A stretch of DNA of 64,000 nt from Bacteroidaceae bacterium. GTDB taxonomy: Bacteria > Bacillota_I > Bacilli_A > RFN20 > CAG-826. The position numbers and the translations under genes were made by a program. Under the pieces are notes generated by a model. That model saw only the letters and a program-made list of their open reading frames with translations. It did not search any database and had not been told where the DNA came from. The DNA lies in NCBI GenBank assembly GCA_963624045.1, contig CAVFNI010000006.1, positions 6,166 through 70,165 on the forward strand. Reading direction: 5' to 3'. Shown piece after piece: positions 38,484 to 48,390 of the stretch (position 1 is the stretch's first letter; the number at the start of each line of letters is the position of its first letter).

Positions 38484-38584
38484 GCAAGAGTCAAATATAA
38501 AAATTTTTATTTTTACAAATTAATATTTTATCTATTTATTATTGAATTATTTTAATAAATGTAATTGTATTTTAATCTTGTCAA

Positions 38585-38800
38585 TCAAAAACCAATCGGT
38601 CCTTCGTGTTTGGCGATAACCTTTTTTAGCGAATGATTGAAATGGTCGCGGTCCATCATAATGACGTTGCCACACCCCAAACATCTGATTTTGATATCCG
38701 CACCCACGCGGACGATTTGAAAACGCTTGAAATGATTGGCGCAAGGATGGGATTTCTTCATCTCCACCTCATCGTATAAAGAATAAATTATTTGTTCCAT
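38585..38800 (-). CDS. DUF951-family small zinc-ribbon protein.
   Basis: 71 aa. EVEMKKSHPCANHF...RVGADIKIRCLGCGNVIMMDRDHF matches the conserved DUF951 pattern (CxN...GADIKIxCxGCxxxIMM). Confidence 0.6.
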   Translation of the reverse strand: MEQIIYSLYDEVEMKKSHPCANHFKRFQIVRVGADIKIRCLGCGNVIMMDRDHFNHSLKKVIAKHEGPIGF

Positions 38801-40401
38801 GGCTCCTCTTCCATCAAAACGGCGTTAGGCGTTTTAGGTAAGCCTGGCATCCGTAAAATGGAGCCCGACAAAGGAATCACGAAATCCGCGCCGCTAGCGA
38901 GCTCAATATCGCGGATATGGAAGGCTTCATCGATAGGGGCGCCTATTTTTTTAGGATCGTCGCTAAGGGACATCGGCGTCTTGGCCATGCACACATAGGC
39001 ATCGCGATACGGAGAGGTTTCTAGGAAATTTAGCTTTTTAAGAGCTTCCTCGCTATAGATGACTTCGTTAGAACGATAAATCTCTTTGGCAATCGTCTCG
39101 ATTTTGCCCTGGATGGAAGAAACCTTCTCGTATAGCGGTTTATAAGCGGATGGCTTTTGGCACGCTTCAATGACTTTCTTTGCCAAATCGGTCGTGCCTT
39201 CCCCACCTTTGTTAACCCCTTCGCTGAGAGCGAAAGACGCACCCATTTTGGTTAATTTGCTAGATAAAAAACTAATCTCGTTATCGGTGTCGGAAGCGAA
39301 GCGATTGATGGCGATAACAACATTGACGCCGAATTTCATGAGGTTTTCATAATGGATTTTTAGATTTTCGAAACCTTTATCTATTGCCGCTTCATTTTCT
39401 TTTTCTAATTCTTCGAAAGGAACGCCGCCATGGAGCTTAAGGGCGCGAACGGAAGCAACAAGCACGATGGCGGATGGCGAGAAATCGCCAACCCTTGAAA
39501 CGATATCCAAAAATTTCTCGGCGCCTAAATCGCTACCAAAACCTGCTTCAGTGATGACATATGGAGCGATTGAGAGGGCGAATTTCGTGGCGATGACGCT
39601 GCTAGCGCCATGAGCGATGTTGGCGAAAGGCCCGCCATGCAACAAGACAGGGTTCCCTTCGCTTGTTCTCACCAAATTCGGCTTGAAAGCGTGCTTCATC
39701 AATCGCATCACGGCGTGAGTCAAACGCAAATCCTCGACAGTAATCGGTTTATCATCATAAGAATAAGCGACGACGATACGCTTAAGACGATTTAAGAAAT
39801 CATCTTTCGAAGTCGCTAAGCACAAGATGGCCATCAGTTCGCTAGCCACGCTGATATTGAAACCGTCTTTGCGCGGCACTCCATCAGTCTTGCCGCCTAG
39901 TCCGACCTCGATATGACGAAGGCTACGGTCATTCATGTCGATGGCCCTCTTCCATAAAATCCTCGCGGGGTCGATATTTAGGGGATTGCCAAAATATAAG
40001 CTATTGTCCAAACATGAGGAAATGAGGTTATTGGCTGAGGTTATGGCATGGATGTCGCCTGTAAAATGAAGGTTGATCTCCTCTTCGGGCAAAAGGGAGG
40101 CTTTCTTAGCCCCCGTCGCCCCGCCTTTCATGCCGAAAACCGGCCCTAAAGCCGGCTCACGCAAGCAAAGCAAGGCTTTCTCTCCGATTTTATAAAAACC
40201 TTCGGTGAGACCTATGGCTGTAGTCGTCTTCCCTTCCCCTGCCTTAGTCGGGGTCATGGCCGTCACCAAAATCAAATGCCCTGACTTATTGTTAACGGGC
40301 ACTTTATCGATATCAATTTTGGCTATCTCTTGGCCATAAGGCTCTAAAGCTATGGAAGGTATTCCGATCTGCCTAGCGACGCTTTCGATTAAAAGTTCCA
40401 T
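38788..40401 (-). CDS. fhs: Formate--tetrahydrofolate ligase.
   Basis: 537 aa. Motifs PTKAGEGKTTT and FTHSA-like. Confidence 0.93.
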   Translation of the reverse strand: MELLIESVARQIGIPSIALEPYGQEIAKIDIDKVPVNNKSGHLILVTAMTPTKAGEGKTTTAIGLTEGFYKIGEKALLCLREPALGPVFGMKGGATGAKKASLLPEEEINLHFTGDIHAITSANNLISSCLDNSLYFGNPLNIDPARILWKRAIDMNDRSLRHIEVGLGGKTDGVPRKDGFNISVASELMAILCLATSKDDFLNRLKRIVVAYSYDDKPITVEDLRLTHAVMRLMKHAFKPNLVRTSEGNPVLLHGGPFANIAHGASSVIATKFALSIAPYVITEAGFGSDLGAEKFLDIVSRVGDFSPSAIVLVASVRALKLHGGVPFEELEKENEAAIDKGFENLKIHYENLMKFGVNVVIAINRFASDTDNEISFLSSKLTKMGASFALSEGVNKGGEGTTDLAKKVIEACQKPSAYKPLYEKVSSIQGKIETIAKEIYRSNEVIYSEEALKKLNFLETSPYRDAYVCMAKTPMSLSDDPKKIGAPIDEAFHIRDIELASGADFVIPLSGSILRMPGLPKTPNAVLMEEEPWNK

Positions 40402-40437
40402 GTCGTTATTTTCCTCTTACTAAATATTCTATGGTAT

Positions 40438-41124
40438 TCATTTGAGAAGTTCACTAATCGCTAGATATGCGAGCAGCAATCCCGCCGCCGAAGGGACCAT
40501 CATCATCGAAGATGGGGTAAAGCGTCTAATCAACGGCAATTCCTTGGAAGCCACTACCCTAACATCCTTCAATTTGATTCCCTTCTCCCTTAATATCTTC
40601 CGAAGTTTTTTGGCCAAAGGGTCGCCGCTTGTCTTATCGAGGGTCGTTTGATATACGGCGCTAGGATCAAGGCGATTGCCCATCCCCAGTGACACAAAAA
40701 GAGGTTTTCCTGATGATGATGCCGCTTCAATAAGGGCGACTTTGGCCGACAAATCATCCACGGCATCCACCCAAATGTCAGCGTCGAGGAATTCGGGCCG
40801 CTTCAAAGACGAAGAATCGATCTTCAAATTAAGCGTCTTAACTTGGCTATCAGGCCTAATCGAATAAGCGCGACGAAAAGCCACCTCGCTTTTGCTTTTG
40901 CCAATATCTTTATATTCAAAAAGCATCTGTCGGTTCAGATTGCTTTCCTCAACGTTATCGAAATCAACGCCGATAAGCGAAGAAACGCCGCTTCTTAAAA
41001 GGGCTTCATAGCATGTTCCGCCGACGCCGCCTAAACCAAAAACCACCACTTTTCCCGCGCGGATTTTCATTAATCCCTCTTCGCCTAACAATGGCAATAT
41101 CCGTTCATCGATATGAGAAATCAT
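40438..41124 (-). CDS. tcdA: tRNA threonylcarbamoyladenosine dehydratase (ThiF/MoeB-family E1-like).
   Basis: Rossmann motif VFGLGGVGG. Start at AAGGAGG-N6-ATG (MISHIDER), overlapping the miaA 3' end. The ORF track extends to 41256. Confidence 0.8.
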   Translation of the reverse strand: MISHIDERILPLLGEEGLMKIRAGKVVVFGLGGVGGTCYEALLRSGVSSLIGVDFDNVEESNLNRQMLFEYKDIGKSKSEVAFRRAYSIRPDSQVKTLNLKIDSSSLKRPEFLDADIWVDAVDDLSAKVALIEAASSSGKPLFVSLGMGNRLDPSAVYQTTLDKTSGDPLAKKLRKILREKGIKLKDVRVVASKELPLIRRFTPSSMMMVPSAAGLLLAYLAISELLK

Positions 41125-41980
41125 CAACAACCTCCTTAGCGGAATGCACTTCTTTCGTTTGAAACTGGTGACGGAAGAAAGTCTCTTGACGTTTGACGTA
41201 ATGCCTAGTGTCCATGACGATGGCTCGCTTAACCTCATCCAGACCGATGAGCCCATCGCGATAGGGAAAAAATTCTTTGATGCCGATCGCGCTATAAACG
41301 CCCTTGATCGTTTTTACCCCTGCAATCTGCGGCATAACCTCCTTTTCAAGGCCGTCATCAAACATCTTCTCCATCCTTCGTTCAATTCTTTCATACAATT
41401 CTTCGCGATTAGGCGATAACCGATAAAAAGCGGTCGGATAAATCGGGGCGTGCTTTTGTTTGGATAAAAAGGAGGTTTTGCTTTCTCCTAGCGCCAAGCA
41501 GATTTCCAATGACCTTAACACCCGACGGCGGTTCTGGAAAGGGATCTTCTTGGCCTCCAATGGATCTAATTCCTCTAATTTTTGATGCAAGGACAAATCG
41601 TCCATCGTCAAATATGGCGACATATTCACCTTAGAAGTATCGAGAGTCAAATCATAATCGTAAATGGCGCTGCGGATGTATAAACCGCTTCCGCCAACAA
41701 GAATCGGCGTTTTCTTCCTATTTAGGACTTCTTCGATTTTCTTTCTCGCGTCTTTTTGGTAGCGATGTAGGTCATAAGGATCCAAAGAGGAGACAAAGCG
41801 AAAAAGATGATGCGGTACTTTTCTAATCATCGCTTCATCGGGGCACATGGTGGCGATAGGAAAGTCCCGATAGACCTGAAAGGCGTCGGCGTTAATGATT
41901 TCGCCATCAATCTGTGAGGCCACCTCGATTGCCGTCTTACTTTTGCCTGAGGCCGTCGGTCCCATCAAGACCAAAATCAT
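41105..41980 (-). CDS. miaA: tRNA dimethylallyltransferase.
   Basis: P-loop GPTASGKS. 291 aa. Confidence 0.92.
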   Translation of the reverse strand: MILVLMGPTASGKSKTAIEVASQIDGEIINADAFQVYRDFPIATMCPDEAMIRKVPHHLFRFVSSLDPYDLHRYQKDARKKIEEVLNRKKTPILVGGSGLYIRSAIYDYDLTLDTSKVNMSPYLTMDDLSLHQKLEELDPLEAKKIPFQNRRRVLRSLEICLALGESKTSFLSKQKHAPIYPTAFYRLSPNREELYERIERRMEKMFDDGLEKEVMPQIAGVKTIKGVYSAIGIKEFFPYRDGLIGLDEVKRAIVMDTRHYVKRQETFFRHQFQTKEVHSAKEVVDDFSYR

Positions 41981-43713
41981 TTAAGAACCTCAGCAATAGC
42001 TTTTAATTCACTTCCCGCTTCATCTTTAAGCACTTGGTAATTCGCCAAGGCGGGGTGAGAATTGATTTCCTTTTCGAGCGCCAATAACCGCTCCTTAGCC
42101 TCTTGGTGTTTGTCGACATCACCGATTGAAAGAGCCAACTCCTTCTTGGCGGCGGCGTATTTTTCCCCTAATTCCGTAAGGTAAGGATCATTAGAAAGGC
42201 TTTCGCTAAGCTTTTTAAATTGCTTTAGCAAAGGATCAACTCCCATCAAATATGCCACGTCTTTGGCTTTTTCTAGCAAAGGGTCACCTATTAATTCGCC
42301 ATGCAGAGAATATGTCTTCGAGGCGTTTATTTTCACAGGGACAATCGCGCCCTTCAAATATGCTGGCCCATCGAAATGAATCAATTTGCCATTTCGGGCG
42401 TATCCGCTTAGCTTATTGGGGTCTTTTTTGCTTGGTCCCTCAACCAATACGTCGATGGTTTTTCCTAGCATTTCCTCGCTGGATTTAGCCGTTAGGTCAT
42501 CAACGACCGCCTTTAAGCGAAGGAATCTCTCTTTGGTAACTTCCGGATCGACCTGTTTCATTTTGGCGGCCGGAGTCCCTATGCGCGGCGAATAAATAAA
42601 GGTATAAGCGCTAGAATAGCCCACTTCTTTCATCAAACTTAAAGTGTCGGAGAATTCCTCTTCCGTCTCGCCAGGAAAGCCGACGATGATATCCGTAGTC
42701 AAAGCGATATCCGGTATCTTCTTCTTGATGCGGGAGACCAAATCGAGATATTCTTCGCGACTATATCTTCTCCCCATGCGGCGAAGGCAAGATGAGGAAC
42801 CGCTTTGGACGGGGAGATGGAGCCAATGATCGATATTGGGATATTTGGCCATCGCTTCGATCATCTCATCGGTGAATTGGCTGGGATAGGAAGTCAAGAA
42901 CCTTAGGCGTGGCACCCCCAAAGCCGCGACCCTCTCCAACAAGGAAGCAAAGGTTGTGCCATCATGCAAATCAAGCCCATAGCTATTGACGTTTTGTCCT
43001 AATAAGGTGATTTGCTTATATCCCGTTTCGACTAATTCGCGGCATTCTTTCAACACGTCTTCCATTTTGCGGCTTCTTTCCCTGCCGCGCGTATAAGGCA
43101 CGATGCAATAAGTGCAAAATTTATCGCACCCATAGGAGATATTGACATAGGCTTCATAAGAAGATAATCGTAGCGATGGCATCTGTTCAACCACTTCGCT
43201 TGAGAAGGAAGAAGACGAAACCACCGCCCGTTTTTCTTCGATCACTTTGCTTAAGAGCGATGGCAGTTTGTTTATCTCATGGGTTCCGATGATCAAAGAA
43301 ATGAATGGGTAAGTCTTTAGCAAAGATTCGGCCACCCCTTCTTCCCCCATCACGCAGCCAGATAAAACCAACAAAAAGGATGGATTCTTCTCTTTATTGG
43401 CTTTAAATGAGCCGATTTCGCCATAAATCTTCTCTTCGGCGTTTTCGCGCACGGCGCAGGTATTGATGATGGCGATATCCGCCTCTTCAGGTTTATCGGT
43501 ACGAAGGAAGCCCGCTTTCGCAAGATACCCCGCCATCGTCTCCTCGTCCCGATAATTGGCTTGGCAACCGTAGGTGCGGATATAAAATTTCTTCCCTGCG
43601 CCAAAAACACATAAATTCAAAGGGATACGTCCGTCATCGTAAGAACGTTGGACGGGCGGCCTTTGGGCGGCGGTAGTTTTATTTGGTGTTTCCAGAATGA
43701 GCGCCTTTTTCAT
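41977..43713 (-). CDS. miaB: tRNA-2-methylthio-N6-dimethylallyladenosine synthase MiaB with a C-terminal YmcA/YlbF (Com_YlbF, Ric)-like extension.
   Basis: MTTase N domain (YIRTYGCQAN), radical SAM CDKFCTYC, TRAM domain, then an extra helical segment of about 100 aa (...LALEKEINSHPALANYQVLKDEA...) with the YmcA/YlbF pattern. Confidence 0.8.
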   Translation of the reverse strand: MKKALILETPNKTTAAQRPPVQRSYDDGRIPLNLCVFGAGKKFYIRTYGCQANYRDEETMAGYLAKAGFLRTDKPEEADIAIINTCAVRENAEEKIYGEIGSFKANKEKNPSFLLVLSGCVMGEEGVAESLLKTYPFISLIIGTHEINKLPSLLSKVIEEKRAVVSSSSFSSEVVEQMPSLRLSSYEAYVNISYGCDKFCTYCIVPYTRGRERSRKMEDVLKECRELVETGYKQITLLGQNVNSYGLDLHDGTTFASLLERVAALGVPRLRFLTSYPSQFTDEMIEAMAKYPNIDHWLHLPVQSGSSSCLRRMGRRYSREEYLDLVSRIKKKIPDIALTTDIIVGFPGETEEEFSDTLSLMKEVGYSSAYTFIYSPRIGTPAAKMKQVDPEVTKERFLRLKAVVDDLTAKSSEEMLGKTIDVLVEGPSKKDPNKLSGYARNGKLIHFDGPAYLKGAIVPVKINASKTYSLHGELIGDPLLEKAKDVAYLMGVDPLLKQFKKLSESLSNDPYLTELGEKYAAAKKELALSIGDVDKHQEAKERLLALEKEINSHPALANYQVLKDEAGSELKAIAEVLK

Positions 43714-43910
43714 ATTGCTGCCTCCATAACGAAGTTTAATTATTTTTGCGCGCTTACGCGAGAGAAAGAAGCGCGTGACTCAAACAAAGTGTATCGATGT
43801 ATTTGTACTAACTAAAATCGTCCTCGCTTCCCTTGCTAAAGGTCATTAAGGAAAGATGGACCGCGTGGCGGCCCATCATTTTCTTTGCGTTCCTAAAGCG
43901 GGGACGCCCA

Positions 43911-45476
43911 TTATTTAGCAGTCTCCACCGCGCGATATTCGCGAATGACGGATACTTTGATTTGACCAGGATAAGTCATCGTAGTCTCGATTTGCTCGCG
44001 AAGCTGTTGCGCCATCTTAATCGCTTCAACATCGCTTACCTTCTCAGGAATCACCATCACGCGGATTTCGCGGCCCGCTTGCATGGCGTAGGCTTGTTGC
44101 ACGCCCTCATATCCTTTGGCAATCTCCTCAAGCTTGGTGATACGCTTGGTGTAATTCTCCAAAGATTCGCTGCGGGCGCCAGGACGGGCGGCGCTTAAAG
44201 TATCGGCGGCCATCACCAAATGGGCGATCACGCTCTTAGCGGGAACATCGCCATGATGCGATTCAATAGAATTGACGACCACTTCCGGTTCATTGTATTT
44301 ACGAGCTAATTCAGCACCGAGTTGAACGTGGCTGCCTTCTTGTTCAAAATCGACGGCCTTGCCGATGTCATGAAGCAAGCCGGCGCGCTTAGCTAAATTC
44401 TGATCGAGGCCGAGTTCAGCGGCCATGATACCGGTTAGATATGCCGCCTCAATAGAATGCTGCAAGACATTTTGGCCATAGGATGTGCGGTATTTTAAGC
44501 GACCTAAAATGCTAAGAAGCTCGCGGTTAATGTGGGCCAAACCCAAACGGTTGGCGGCATCGATGCCAGCACGCGTACAATCGGCTTGGACGTCGTTACG
44601 GAATTTGTTGGCGACCTCTTCGATACGGCCCGGCTGGATGCGGCCATCCTTAACCAATGCTTCCAGGGTGCGCTTGGCCACTTCGCGGCGAATCGGATCA
44701 AAACAAGAAATCGTGATTACTTCTGGAGTGTCGTCAATCACCAAATCGACCCCCAACGTCGCTTCTAGGACGCGGATGTTACGGCCTTCGCGCCCGATGA
44801 TGCGGCCCTTAAGTTCGTCGGTCGGCAAAGAGATGACGGCCACCGAACGTTCTGTGGTAACCTCTTGGGCGTATTTATCGCAAGCTAAAGACAAAAGGTC
44901 TTTGGCCTTCTCTTCGGCCGTTTGCTCCGCTTCGTCCTCGGCGTTTTTGATATAAGCGGCGATTTCGCTCGACATCTTGTTTTCGACGCGGGCCATGATT
45001 TCGTCGTGAGCTTCCTTGACAGACATTCCACTTACCTTTTCTAGTTCGGCGATGATGCCATCGATTTTCTCGCTCAATTCCTGACTCTTCTTGTCGGTTT
45101 CTTCGATTTTCTTATCGAGCATGTCGTTTTTGGCGTCAAGGGACGTTTCCTTCTTTAATAAGGCGTTGTCCCTTTGATTGATCGCCTCTTCGCGGGCATC
45201 CAATTTGTTTTGCTGCAATTGTGCCTCTTGCTTCATCAAACGAATTTCGTTTTGCGCCTCTTGCTTCATTTCGAAAGCGATTTGCTTGGCGTCTAGTTCG
45301 GCGTTTTTAGTCGTCCGTTCCGCTTTAATTTCCGCGTCACGGATGATTTGCTTAGCCGTCTTTTCGCTCGTTTTAACCTTCGTTCCACCAACTAAATGGA
45401 GGAAGAGGTAGACTAAAGCGCCACCGATAACGAGCGCCACAACGGAGGCAATGAGGATCCAATACCAATTGATCAT
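43911..45476 (-). CDS. rny: Ribonuclease Y.
   Basis: N-terminal TM, coiled coil, KH domain (GREGRNIR), HD domain (HD...). 521 aa. Confidence 0.95.
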   Translation of the reverse strand: MINWYWILIASVVALVIGGALVYLFLHLVGGTKVKTSEKTAKQIIRDAEIKAERTTKNAELDAKQIAFEMKQEAQNEIRLMKQEAQLQQNKLDAREEAINQRDNALLKKETSLDAKNDMLDKKIEETDKKSQELSEKIDGIIAELEKVSGMSVKEAHDEIMARVENKMSSEIAAYIKNAEDEAEQTAEEKAKDLLSLACDKYAQEVTTERSVAVISLPTDELKGRIIGREGRNIRVLEATLGVDLVIDDTPEVITISCFDPIRREVAKRTLEALVKDGRIQPGRIEEVANKFRNDVQADCTRAGIDAANRLGLAHINRELLSILGRLKYRTSYGQNVLQHSIEAAYLTGIMAAELGLDQNLAKRAGLLHDIGKAVDFEQEGSHVQLGAELARKYNEPEVVVNSIESHHGDVPAKSVIAHLVMAADTLSAARPGARSESLENYTKRITKLEEIAKGYEGVQQAYAMQAGREIRVMVIPEKVSDVEAIKMAQQLREQIETTMTYPGQIKVSVIREYRAVETAK

Positions 45477-45591
45477 AATAAATCTATCTCCTTATTCAAA
45501 AGATCCTTCCCAAAAAGAAAGATATGCTATGAGCATATTTATAACGGATATACCCGAGATAAAGCTCTGAATATGCAACCCTAATGGGATA

Positions 45592-45606
45592 GGTACCTTT
45601 TGGTAC
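45592..45606. promoter_or_regulatory. Palindrome GGTACC-TTTT-GGTAC within the 365-nt rny leader/promoter region.
   Basis: Seen directly in the sequence. Possible operator or RNA hairpin. Confidence 0.25.
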
Positions 45607-45803
45607 GCCATCATTGTAAACCTTAAATAAAAAATGGGCTATAGATAGTTTCATGAGAAAGGGCATATAGCCAATAAACGCACGCCAAAAGAATCTCACC
45701 TGCGCCCCAAAAACATCATCAAAAGAAAAAATATGGCGCTTTTGACGGGGTTATTGCGAAAATTGGCACCCTTTGGAAAATTTAAATTAAGCAAACCTTC
45801 TAA

Positions 45804-45832
45804 TCAAAAAAAGGGGCGCGCCCCTTTTTTTC
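45804..45832. terminator. Bidirectional intrinsic terminator (recA 3' end).
   Basis: AAAAAAA-GGGGCGCGCCCC-TTTTTTT, a perfect GC palindrome with A-run and T-run flanks. Confidence 0.85.
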
Positions 45833-45841
45833 GTTCAATGG

Positions 45842-46876
45842 TTAATCCTCATCTGAAGAAACGCTTTCGCCTTTCATGGCCTCGCGTATCTTTTTCTCCA
45901 TGGCGTCCGCCACGTCTTTATTTTCTTTGAAGTAGGCTTTGGCAGCTTCGCGGCCATTGCCGATCTTCTGCCCATCCAATTCATACCAATTGCCGCTCTT
46001 GCTAAGGAATGAATGTTCTAAGGCTAGATCGACGATTTCCCCTTCACGAGAAATGCCTTGCCCGTATATGACATCGACGCTGCAATTGCGGAAAGGCGGG
46101 GCAACTTTATTCTTAACGACCTTCACTCGCACGGTGTTCCCGATGATGTCGGAACCTTGCTTGATGGCCTCTTGCCGCCTTAAATCAACGCGGATAGACG
46201 CATAGAATTTGAGGGCGCGCCCGCCAGTCGTGACTTCGGGATTGCCATACATCACGCCGACTTTTTCTCGCAGCTGATTAATGAAGATCACCAAACAATT
46301 AGTGCGCGAAAGGATGCCGGCCAATTTGCGCATGGCTTTGGACATCAAACGCGCTTGCAGCCCAACTTGGTTATCGCTCATCACACCATCGAGTTCTTGT
46401 TGGGGAACCAAAGCCGCCACCGAATCGACGATGATGATGTCGATGGCGCCGCTATTGGCGAGCATCTCCACGATCTCAAGAGCCTGTTCACCACTATCTG
46501 GTTGCGAAAGGATGAGTTCATCAATATTAACGCCCAGTTTCTCAGCATATTCCGGATCAATCGCGTGCTCAGCATCAACATAAGCAGCCCTTCCGCCCAT
46601 CTTTTGCGCTTCGCTAACGGCCTCTAAAGCCAAAGTCGTTTTGCCTGAACTTTCAGGACCATAAATTTCAACGATTCTCCCTTTTGGATAACCGCCGATG
46701 CCCAAAACCTGATCGATCAATAAGCTTCCCGAAGGAATGACGTCAACATCGACATGGGGTTTCTCCCCCATCTTCATGACGGCCCCTTTCCCATAGGCCT
46801 TCTCGATTTCCCGAATCGCCCTCGCTAAAGCCTCGTCTTTGTTTGGTTGGATTTCTTCTTCAATTTTTTTAGCCAT
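45842..46876 (-). CDS. recA: Recombinase RecA.
   Basis: Walker [10 protein letters not shown]. 344 aa. RBS GGAGG. Confidence 0.97.
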   Translation of the reverse strand: MAKKIEEEIQPNKDEALARAIREIEKAYGKGAVMKMGEKPHVDVDVIPSGSLLIDQVLGIGGYPKGRIVEIYGPESSGKTTLALEAVSEAQKMGGRAAYVDAEHAIDPEYAEKLGVNIDELILSQPDSGEQALEIVEMLANSGAIDIIIVDSVAALVPQQELDGVMSDNQVGLQARLMSKAMRKLAGILSRTNCLVIFINQLREKVGVMYGNPEVTTGGRALKFYASIRVDLRRQEAIKQGSDIIGNTVRVKVVKNKVAPPFRNCSVDVIYGQGISREGEIVDLALEHSFLSKSGNWYELDGQKIGNGREAAKAYFKENKDVADAMEKKIREAMKGESVSSDED

Positions 46877-46932
46877 GATTAATGTGCCTCCACTATTCCT
46901 ATAGGTGTCTTTTGACGAAAATGAATCGCTTT

Positions 46933-47412
46933 TTATTCTTCGAAGATAGCGATGAGCTGATCAAGCATCATGTCGACACAAGCGTCGCGCACCTCGTTTC
47001 TCATCAAAGTGAAATCCTGTTGCATCTGCATGCGCCCCCAGGGAGTGGCTATCGTCATGTTGACCCTTCCTACCGGGGCCATGCCAAGTTCGCTAGAAGG
47101 TCCGGCGTTGCCTGTAAAGGAAACGCAGACATCGACGCCCAATTTATGACGCCCGCCTTGAGCCATTTCATTGGCCACTTGCTGAGAAACGACCCCATAA
47201 TCCTTAATTGTCTCCGGATTAACGCCGGCTAAAGCGACTTTCTCTTCGCTCCAATAAGTGACTAACGAGCCTTTGAAAACCTTACTGGCACCAGGAACGC
47301 TTGTAATCGCGCTGGCGAAAAGACCGCCAGTTAAAGATTCCACCGCCCCTAAAGTGAGGCCTTTGTTGGAAAGAGATGAAATTACCCTTCGCGCTTTTTC
47401 GTTTTCAATCAT
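46933..47412 (-). CDS. Standalone CinA C-terminal domain protein (nicotinamide-nucleotide amidohydrolase PncC-like).
   Basis: 159 aa CinA_C (ESLTGG, TGxAGP). No MoCF N-terminal domain. Sits between pgsA and recA as cinA does in B. subtilis. Confidence 0.85.
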   Translation of the reverse strand: MIENEKARRVISSLSNKGLTLGAVESLTGGLFASAITSVPGASKVFKGSLVTYWSEEKVALAGVNPETIKDYGVVSQQVANEMAQGGRHKLGVDVCVSFTGNAGPSSELGMAPVGRVNMTIATPWGRMQMQQDFTLMRNEVRDACVDMMLDQLIAIFEE

Positions 47413-48035
47413 TTCTCGCCCTCCTTGAGCACATGACGGTTGCTAATAATATAAACGATTCCGGATACGACCGACATCAATGTGGCCATATATACGAAAA
47501 TCATCGCGATGCGGCAATATGGCGACCACGAGGCATCGAAATAGCTAAAGGGCCAACCGTTGAGGAAAACCATAGGGATAGCCACCATTTGCAAGACCGT
47601 TTTAGCCTTACCGAAGATGTTGGCGGCCAAAATAAGACCTTTGCCAGCAGCAATGAAACGAAAGGCATCAACGATCAGATCGCGAGCGATCATAAGAAGG
47701 GCGCAAAAGAAAGGAATAGTAAGATTATTGGCGTCAAAATGCGGCAACATCAAATAAAGCAAAGACGCATTGACTAACAATTTGTCGGCAATCGGATCGA
47801 GGAATTTTCCTAAATCGGTGACTTGGTGCCATTTTCTAGCCAAATAGCCATCAAGAAAGTCCGTCAATGAAGCGAAAATAAAAACGACGCAAGCAATCAA
47901 ATAAACCAAATTGACTGGTCCGTATGTTGGAATCGATAAATTGGGAATGAAATCCAAAACGATCAATGCGCCAAATAGCAAAGCCACGATGAGGATGCGG
48001 CAGCAAGTAATTTTCGTAGGAATATTGATTTTCAT
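47409..48035 (-). CDS. pgsA: CDP-diacylglycerol--glycerol-3-phosphate 3-phosphatidyltransferase.
   Basis: CDP-alcohol phosphotransferase motif DxxDGxxAR...G...D...D. Start at MKINIPTKIT, because the ORF-track start at 48053 lies inside rnpB. Confidence 0.88.
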   Translation of the reverse strand: MKINIPTKITCCRILIVALLFGALIVLDFIPNLSIPTYGPVNLVYLIACVVFIFASLTDFLDGYLARKWHQVTDLGKFLDPIADKLLVNASLLYLMLPHFDANNLTIPFFCALLMIARDLIVDAFRFIAAGKGLILAANIFGKAKTVLQMVAIPMVFLNGWPFSYFDASWSPYCRIAMIFVYMATLMSVVSGIVYIISNRHVLKEGEK

Positions 48036-48046
48036 AATGTTTGAGT

Positions 48047-48390
48047 GGAGCATCCGGCCCGATAAGCCATGTTCTGTCGAGGGCGAACATTCATCTCAGG
48101 TTTCCCTGGAAGGGTCGTCTTCATTTGGATTTCCCTTCTTCCCCTACCAAATTTGGGTTTCTCGCTTGTGGGGTTTACCGCGTTTCACCTTGTTGTCGCC
48201 AACAAGCTCGTCTCTGTGGCACCTTGGGGAGAATCGTCTACGGGAGACTCCTCTCACGCCGTCACGCGCTCCGGGCGTGCCTAGGCTTATTGATTAACCT
48301 AGCGCAATCACTACATCCGTCGCAGGATGTGCGAGCATGGACTTTCCTCTGGTTTCCCAGCGGTCGCCTGGGCCGGATTAGCCGCTTCGT
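48047..48390 (-). ncRNA. rnpB: RNase P RNA, type B (Bacillus-type).
   Basis: Reverse complement contains AGAGGAAAGUCCAUGCUCGCAC (P4 region, identical to B. subtilis), a P3 hairpin CCCAGgcgaccgCUGGG, ends able to form P1, and the second P4 strand near the 3' end. Lies between the gpsB-like gene and pgsA. Confidence 0.85.

Noticed and set aside
38431-38487. Upstream (TTG) start for the lipoprotein giving MRGGSSFLYSITRKEWIIT-MNKK.
   Set aside because: It has no SD. The downstream ATG gives a canonical lipoprotein signal peptide with a lipobox.
43714-43910. GC-rich inverted repeats between rny and miaB as a terminator.
   Set aside because: CGCGCTT...AAGCGCG and GATGG...CCATC are not followed by convincing U-tracts on the relevant strand. 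Left unannotated.
45496-45699. 67-aa ORF in the rny leader.
   Set aside because: No ribosome-binding site. Aromatic-rich low-complexity translation. Likely noncoding.
46877-46932. LexA (Cheo) box upstream of recA.
   Set aside because: Only GAAT-N8-ATTC was found, not GAAC-N4-GTTC.
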